DNA from: Octopus sinensis
Lineage: Eukaryota
Length of the DNA: 64,000 nt
NCBI RefSeq assembly: GCF_006345805.1
Contig: NW_021835986.1
Span: forward strand, 1 to 64,000
Direction of reading: 5' to 3'
The position numbers and the translations under genes are program-made. Under the pieces are notes generated by a model. That model was not told the origin of the DNA and searched no databases. It saw nothing but the letters and a program-made list of their open reading frames with translations. Below are positions 55,896 to 64,000 of the stretch, piece by piece; within the stretch, counting starts at the first letter, position 1, and each line of letters starts with the position of its first letter.

Positions 55896-57093
55896 ACAAC
55901 CGCAGGTCTGCTCACATAAATATGACACATACTGAATCAGAGCAAGTTTGGAATTCCTTCATGATCACATTGGTCTACCGGTATGCGACTCAAATTGGAA
56001 TCACCCTGTTACACCTTTAGTGCTTAAGAATAGAAGTATGGAAGGCAAACGAACTGAGAATTATATTTGACTTATTCAGTATTTGGATAACGAGCATTGT
56101 TATGAAACAATGTCTTTAATTTTTATACATGTTTAAGCAGTGATACATTTTTCAGAGGATACCATCCCTTTGAGTAGACACTTTTTTAATGATAAAACTG
56201 CTTTCTCCACGAGACAAAATACATAGAATATGAAGAGATAATAAATTTCCTCATTGTGAATCTACTCTCCAAGAAGAAAAATATTTTCTTTTATAACACT
56301 TAATATTTCTTTCAAGCGGTTTTAACAGTCAAAGTAGAATTCGGGGACAGTAAAATTTATATTTATGCCCATTGAAATGCGTTTTAAATGTTGCACATAT
56401 TATTAGGATAGAAAAGTGAGAAAACTACATTAGAAGTGAGGAGAAACCATATAATGGAAGGTGGGGAGGGAGTGGTGGACGAAAACCAGAACGGAGAAAA
56501 TATTTGGATTTTGATAAAAAGGATAGAAATGATCCAATGAAGTTTTGATTCGACATTAACTCACCAAGCAATTACAAATAAAATTAACAGTTATTAACTG
56601 TAATAAATTTAGCTTTATAGTGTTACTTTATATAAGTGATGGTGTAACAGGAAGATGAAAGTGTTGAGGTGATTTTGTAGCTCTCTGGGTTCTTTTGAGA
56701 ATAAATGCTGTTTTTAATGTTATGTAGCCCATCACAGTCACTGTGACTAGTTATTTTATTTTATACTACAATACACCCTCAAACATTTGTACTATTCACA
56801 TTTCATGAGTGCGGATTCAGTAACAGTCAAGGTATTTCAATGTGACACAATGAACTGTGTTTGATATGGTTGCGGAAACCTGATTATAAATGGTGGTAGG
56901 TTAGCGACTACCTAAATACTTGCGCTTTGGCGTCCAGGACAAACGGAGATGAATACTGTTACTTTATCCAGTAAGTCCCTCACGAGTGTTATGTTGACTG
57001 TTTAAACTGTTTCCAATAAACCTTAATAATAGACAAAACTAGAACTCACTCATATTATCAGCTCAAGGAAGTTTAAAAGAAATATCTTCATAA

Positions 57094-57208
<115 letters not shown>

Positions 57209-58424
57209 ATCTCCGGCTCTATGTAGACGACGGTGAACAGGTGTGGTCGCCGTTTGTGAGACGCGTTCCCGCAGCTCGTCTCCATGACCGAACTACAGTC
57301 GTGGATCAAAAAGAGGCCGAAGAAGGGCGATTGGCACCGCGAGTGTCGCGTTGCTCTCAAGCAACTCTGCCGTCCCGGGTCGACCTTGAGTGACTTCAAC
57401 ACAACAAAGAATTCTATAGGGGATTAGTGGAGGGGAGGTACGACGACGAGCTCGGGGCAAACCTGGGCGTCGACGAGGAATACCTGACCCGCCTGTTTCA
57501 AACGACTTTCGGTCGGCCCGGGACCTATGGACAACTTCCAGAGATCCCTGGCCTGGCGGTGCTACCGAGAAGCGCTAACCCGTTCGGGATAAGCTCTATA
57601 GGCATGGCTCGAGAAACACGGGGCCGACCTGCCCGAGATGCGGGCAGAGCGACGAAACCACTCTGCACGCAATCGTGCAGTGTCCGCAATTTCCCACCTG
57701 TGGGCTTATGTCGAACGACTGCTGTCACGTGTGGGACGTGTCGGTTTATCAGCCGAGTCTATCGTTAATATCGTCACGCCTCCTTCCTTCAAACGGGAAG
57801 GAAGAGCTATTTTTATCATACTTGTGGCTATGGCGAAAGAATGTATCTGGTGGACGCGTCTGAAAGGATTAGAGACAAAACACTTTCCTCTCTGGTCAAT
57901 CTCTCATCAATCTTCAAGTATCACTTGAAGAGGAAAGTGAGAGTAGAGAGGCAAGTTTTGTCTAGTGAATGTTTTAAAAAAGATGGGTGAATGTAGCAAG
58001 GATGGCACGTATGAATGACGAAGCCACCTTGACTATGATCTATGAACCGTAAAAATTATACAGAGAGTTGCTTATTTGCAAAAAAAAAAAAAAAAAAAGA
58101 AATATAACATGTGACTTCATTGACCGAGGTTACCGTGGTCTTTTCCGTAGGCTTTTCTTTCCACGGGTAAACCTCACCTGTCCTCCCCTTTACACTTCAT
58201 ATTGACATTTCTGTGATAACGATCCCTATTAATCAATTTTTTTCCTCTCCCCCTTTTTTTGTCCTCTTTCTCTCCTTTTACGATCCCTTTTGATCGACAC
58301 CCCCCTTTTTATTTTATTTTTCTTTATTTTATTTTTTAAAAAATTTTTTAAACCTTCAAAAGAAAAGCTCTACCTTGTAAATTTGTCTATCTGTGTGCAG
58401 CCCTGTGTGGCTAATAAAGAAACA
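57209..58424 (+). mobile_element. 5'-truncated Tx1-like LINE (ORF2 C-terminus + 3' UTR)
   Basis: 57209-57438 differs from 63768-64000 at only about 10 positions; CPRCGQSDETTLHAIVQCP zinc knuckle; FKKRWVNV end; AATAAA at 58413 then (TATC)n. Confidence 0.93.
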
Positions 58425-58800
<376 letters not shown>

Positions 58801-59021
58801 TCTCTGGACAGACAGACGCAAGTCAAATGGGCTCCACGTAAGTTGGTATTTTTGTACGTTTCAAAAGTGTATATTGACAAATATTTTGTGCTTAAAAGTT
58901 GTGCAACAACATCCACTGTAAACCTTTGATAAATATCGACACAAAATTTGCCCCTTGTGGGCAAAATTTAAAAGAAAAAATTCTCATAGCCTTCGTGGTT
59001 TCATTTAGCCATTTTATTTCC

Positions 59022-61133
59022 AAATGGCCACTGGCCACCACGAGGCTGAGTGCAAGTCAAGCGTGACGCAGAAACAGAAAAACAGGATGCTCTGTTAGCA
59101 TATGCTGAACCTGACAACTCCACCACCATCAACATCGACAACAGCAACAAATACAAAACAAAAGTCGCAAGGCCAAGCACCGTCAACACCATCAGTAAGT
59201 CCACCACCAACACCGACAACAATACCATGGCAGAATCTGCTACTGAAACTACTATCCCTACTAAAGACATCGCCACCAATAACAATACCAACACCACCAT
59301 CACCGCCACCAAAGACCGTGCCGTCAATGCTACTAATACTACTAACACCACCGCCGTCACCAAGAACGACAATACCACAACAACAACAACAACACAACAA
59401 CGACGACGACGACAACAACCAATTCCCTTCACCACTGCTCACTCCATCACCAACAAGTGGAAAAATAACGACGACAAGCAAACGAAATGCCGAAATTTGC
59501 GCTAATGCAGGACTAAATTACGCAGGCAATTTTCCCACCCCTTGCTAGTTGCATAATCAGCAACCACAAACCTACAACCCACACCCCTGCCATCAACACC
59601 ACACCACCGGCAGTAACAACAATAACAAAACAACAACAACTTCGCCGAGGCGATAAAAGAAAAGGTAACAAAAGTTTCGTTTACTACACAACAGATTAAA
59701 GATTGCAGAAACCTTATTACAAATCAAAACGGAAAAATACTCTTACACATACCTCAGCACATACTGAATGAGGAGAAAAAAAAGACATTGTATATAAAAT
59801 CACAAAAAAAAAAACTAAAAGTCCAGAAAAGGCAAGCACAGACAAAGTCGAAAAGTGCTTACGCCCCATCTGGGGATACAAGGATTGTGTGACTTGGGCG
59901 AACAAGTTCGCACACGTACAGGTGGTTTTTCAGAATGAAGAGTTGGCGAAGAAATTCTCAACGATAACCCTTCATTCTGATGAACTAACGTTGACACCGA
60001 GTTACCTCGGCCAGAAGGTGACGAAAGTCATTATCAGTGGTGTCCCCAAGTGACTACAACACTGTGGATAGCATCCGCCTTAACATCCGAAATGGGGGAC
60101 TTAACATCCTAGATATCGGTGTTCGGAAAACAAGGACTGGCTGGGAAAGAGAATAGAGTTCCTCTTCCACATAAGTCAAGAGGACATAAATAAAATCCCC
60201 ACCCACGTACATCTTGAGGATGGCCGGAAGTTATACGTAGTAGTCGAGGGCAGAAGGCCACGATGCTATACATGTGGCAGTGAGGCACACCTCAAAAAGG
60301 AGTGCAAATCTGCCGCAAAATTACAACAACAACAACAGCCACAGGAAAAATCACAAAAGCCAGGATTATTGCCCACACCACAATATGGACAGCTAGTCAA
60401 GAAGCTGTATGCGGAAATGCAGGAAAAACAACAAAGAACAAGCCAACCCAACCAAACAACACCAACACCAGCGCCAAGAACAGAATCATCACCACCAACA
60501 ACAAATAAACCAATTCCAACACCAAGAATAACAACGAAGAAGACAAGCACCAAGGATGTAGGAGAGACAATAACCACAACAAACCCCCCAGCAACACCCT
60601 CCCCGCGCACCACAACAATATCTACAACCGCACAAACACACCCAGACGCTTTACCCTTGCCCCCTGTTGATTCGTCAGACTTTCATCTAACGATGAAAGT
60701 TCGACAGAATGGCAAATAGCCACAGGGGGTAAAAGAAAAAGATCAAGAAAAACCAAACAAGAAATCGCAACCAAAGCAGGGAGATACCTGAACCCTGAAA
60801 ACTCCATACACAACAAAACAAGCACCAACACCACAAAAACAATGCTATCAGCGATAGACACAAAAGACTCCAAACTAATGAGAGTACATCACAGGATACA
60901 CAAACATTTGTGAAGATGACTTTAAAATAGCAATCATCCACGCACTACACCACCCAAACACATCAAAATACTACACATCACACAAACACAACACCACAAA
61001 CTCAAAGCCCTCTTCCCAAATGCTGTAGGGGGTTTCCAGAAATATCTGTCCCAAAAACTATATAGAAACCTCCTCGAAGACACATCAAAGAAAGAGGAAG
61101 CCAAAACTTTCGACACAAGTAAGTAACTCTCTG
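59022..61133 (+). pseudogene. ORF1 (Thr-rich N-terminus, RRM-like segment, CCHC knuckle), frameshifted
   Basis: KFAHVQVVFQNEELAKKF..KVTKVIISGVP (~59905-60050) and VVVEGRRPRCYTCGSEAHLKKEC (~60237-60306). Start and end are approximate. Confidence 0.7.
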
Positions 61134-61176
61134 TACTTTCATTTGTGTGTTTTAAAGCACACACCCCAATAGAATC

Positions 61177-64000
61177 ATGGTCAAGATTGGTTGTGTGAAT
61201 GCGCGTGGCTTGGGGTCCTTGGAAACAAGGATACCTCCTAAATGACATCAAGTCACATGATTTGGAATCATAGCCATAAGTGAGACCAGACTCCACGAGC
61301 CACGGGCCCTAAAGTCCATGTTTGGCGGACAGTTTTAACATTTATTTCGCTCCCTGTCTGCCGAGGATGGGCGGTAGTGGCACCGCGGTACTTTTTCACA
61401 AGAGCCTGGATCTCGAAGTCAAGACGATATTCGTAGACCCGGAGGGTGACTGATCGTTCTGGATGTTGACGGCAGCAATGGGTGCGCTTTTCGACTCGTA
61501 TCAGTCTACGCACCGCCCTTAACAGGTCGGGCGGATTTCTTTCGACGTCTAGAAGTATTCTTGGGAACGTCTCGTCCTTTACTCTTAGTGGGGGATTGGA
61601 ATGCTACCTTGGACACGCATGTAGACTACGTGGGTAGAGACAGAAACAGAAGGGGATGCAAATGCCTCAGAGACCTGCTCAGACGATTCCAACTGTCTGA
61701 CAGGTACCGACTCGACCACCCAAATGCACCAACGTGGACATGGAGCAACCGCAGTGGGTCGTCGAGATCGTATCTAGATAGGATACTGTGTAGGACAGTA
61801 GACAAGGATAACTTAGGATGTCCACAATTCCACACAGTCAGCTACACGGATCACAAATTGGTGACGTGTACGCTAGACTTAGATAAGGCACATAGACAGG
61901 GTCCTGGGTACTGGAAACTGAACGCATCATTCCCGTCCAGACAAGTTTTCAGAGACCGGATTAGCACACTAGTAAAGAGGGCTTTGACGGGAGCCAACAT
62001 CAACAACAAATGGTGGTTTGCCCTCAAGAGAGCAGTAAAAGCAGAAGCGATTAGGTACAGCAAAGCACTAGCCATAGATAGAAATAGAGTAGAGGGTGAG
62101 CTAGTTAAGAAGCTAGAAGAGGCAATTAGAAGCGGCATCGCATCCGACGTTTTGGCGGCGAGGTTGGCCCTCGACCAACACTTCAACGCCAAACACGAAG
62201 GATGTGCTGTCAGAGCTAGGATGCGTGCTCTAAGGAACGAAGGTGTTGGAGCCGCGAGAGAGGCCCGGGTGGCAGAGGCGCAACAGGGCAACAAGCCACC
62301 ATTCGGTCACTGGTAGATGAACAGGGGCGCGAATTGCTCGAGCCAAGTAAAATGTGTGAGGCCTTTCAGCAGCATTTTGCCCGACTGTTCGGGACGAGTG
62401 GAGGGCAAGAACGTAGGGTAGACTTCAGTGCCTACCTACATAGCCTGCCACGACTCTCGACAAGAAAGGCAGGGTGCTGCGAAGGTGCCATCACGGCGGC
62501 GGAAGTGCGGGAAGCGATGGCAGAATGCTCGAGGGACAAATCACCGGGTTTGGATGGTCTACCCTACGAATTTTACTATTGTATGCCAGACTTGTTTGGA
62601 GACGTCTTGGCAGCGGTATACTGCAACTGGCAGCAAAACGGGAGCATACCCGGTTTTGTGAGTCGAGGAGCTGTAACTCTGCTGAAGAAAGATCCAAACA
62701 AGGGAAACATTATAGATAACTTTAGGCCAATCACTCTGCTCAATGCAGACCTGAAAATTTTGACAAAGGTGTTAGCCAAGAGGTTGGCGCTTGTCATGGA
62801 GAAACTGGTCGACAACGCACAAACGTGCGCGTGCCGGGCCGGAGCATCCATGACAACCTCTATCTGATGCGCTACATCATAGACAGGGTAGTTAACGAAC
62901 CTGGCATGGGTGGGGCCCTGATCAACTTGGATCAATCGAAAGCCTTTGATAGGGTAGACCATCGATACTTGGAGGCAGTCCTGAGAGCGGCTGGTTTCGG
63001 TCCCGTCTTCCGCGGCTGGATAGCTGCCTTGTACAGAGGCATCCGTTCGGTAATTCGCGTAAATGGACATCTATCGAGACCTTCGACATTGCACGTTCGG
63101 TCCGTCAGGGATGCCCCCTCTCGGCGCTTCTATACGTATTGACTCTTGAGCCACTACTGCGGAAGCTGGCGACTCTGAGGGGCATCCCGCGAGAATTAGG
63201 ATGCGGGACGAGCGTGTCTGCATACGCGGACGACGTCACCGTCATAGTGTCAAGCCACGAGCACATCGAGCGGGTCGGCGAGACACTGAAAGACTACGAA
63301 GCGGTGACAGGAGCAAAAATCAACCGGGAAAAGTCAGTGGGCTTGCGGCTCGGCACCTGGAGAAGCAAGCCCATGCCGTCCACCAGTACCTCCGTCGTGG
63401 GACGCTGGACAGACGGCCCGGTTGAGTTGCTCGGGGTCTGGTTCGGTCCGGACCTCCAAATGGAGAAGAACTGGAACGAGATAACGAGTGGGTGGTCACT
63501 CTCGCCCAGCAATGGGCCGAGAGGAAACTGTCCCTAAAAGGTCGGGCGGAGGTGGTGAACGCGTACATCGCGTCCATCATCTACTACCGCCTGACCGTCG
63601 TACCTTGTCCCGACCCTACCATCACCAAACTAGAACGCATTCTCTTCCGCTTCTTGTGGAAAGGATGCGTCCCGATGGTCAGGCGATCCATTTGCTGTCA
63701 ACACCGTTAAAAGGAGGGCTGGGCATGCCGTGGTTGATGATGCGCAGACACGCGCTGAGACTGCGACATCTCCGGCTCTATGTAGACGACGGTGAACAGG
63801 TGTGGTCGCCGTTTGTGAGGCACGCATTCCCGCAACTCGTCTCCATGACCGAACTACAGTCGTGGATCAAAAAGAGGCCGAGGAAGGGCGAATGGCACCG
63901 CGAGTGTCGCGTTGCTCTCAAGCAACTCTGCCGTCCCGGGTCGACCTTGAGTGACTTCAACACAACCAAAGCATTCTATAGGGGATTAGTGGAGGGGAGG
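61177..64000 (+). pseudogene. ORF2: APE endonuclease + reverse transcriptase, broken by 1-nt indels
   Basis: VNARGL, ISETRL, VSVYAP, VGDWNA, YLDRI, TDHKLV, GYWKLN; KSPGLDGLPYEFY, FRPITLLNADLKI, LDQSKAFDRVDH, VRQGCPLS, AYADDVTV, INREKS. Confidence 0.95.

Larger units (their letters stand above)
58801..64000 (+). mobile_element. Full-length Tx1/L1-type non-LTR retrotransposon (continues beyond window)
   Basis: 5' UTR, ORF1 and ORF2 in order, starting immediately after the (TATC)n array. Confidence 0.93.

Overview
AT-rich, repeat-dominated eukaryotic DNA with no confidently identifiable host-gene exon, rRNA, true tRNA or CRISPR array. The SINE families and extreme microsatellite load look like an octopus (coleoid cephalopod) genome; this is an inference from recalled repeat families, not a database result. 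Contents: five tRNA-headed SINE families (about 25 copies or fragments); a full-length Tx1/L1-type LINE running off the right edge plus two 5'-truncated copies; remnants of three different Penelope-like elements (PLEs); two RTE remnants; an R4/CRE-like restriction-endonuclease LINE remnant; two Helitrons; mariner-derived pieces; and several small PLE-end-like repeats with tandem or fold-back structure. Strongest leads: (1) all three Tx1 copies sit in (TATC)n arrays, two of them head-to-tail in one array, suggesting a (TATC)n/(GATA)n-targeting family, and the full-length ORF2 appears broken only by 1-nt indels; (2) several minimal type-I hammerhead ribozyme motifs, including one with a 78-nt branched helix II and one in the tail of a tRNA-headed SINE; (3) a roughly 540-bp near-perfect palindrome. 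Most short ORFs in the track are microsatellite translations.
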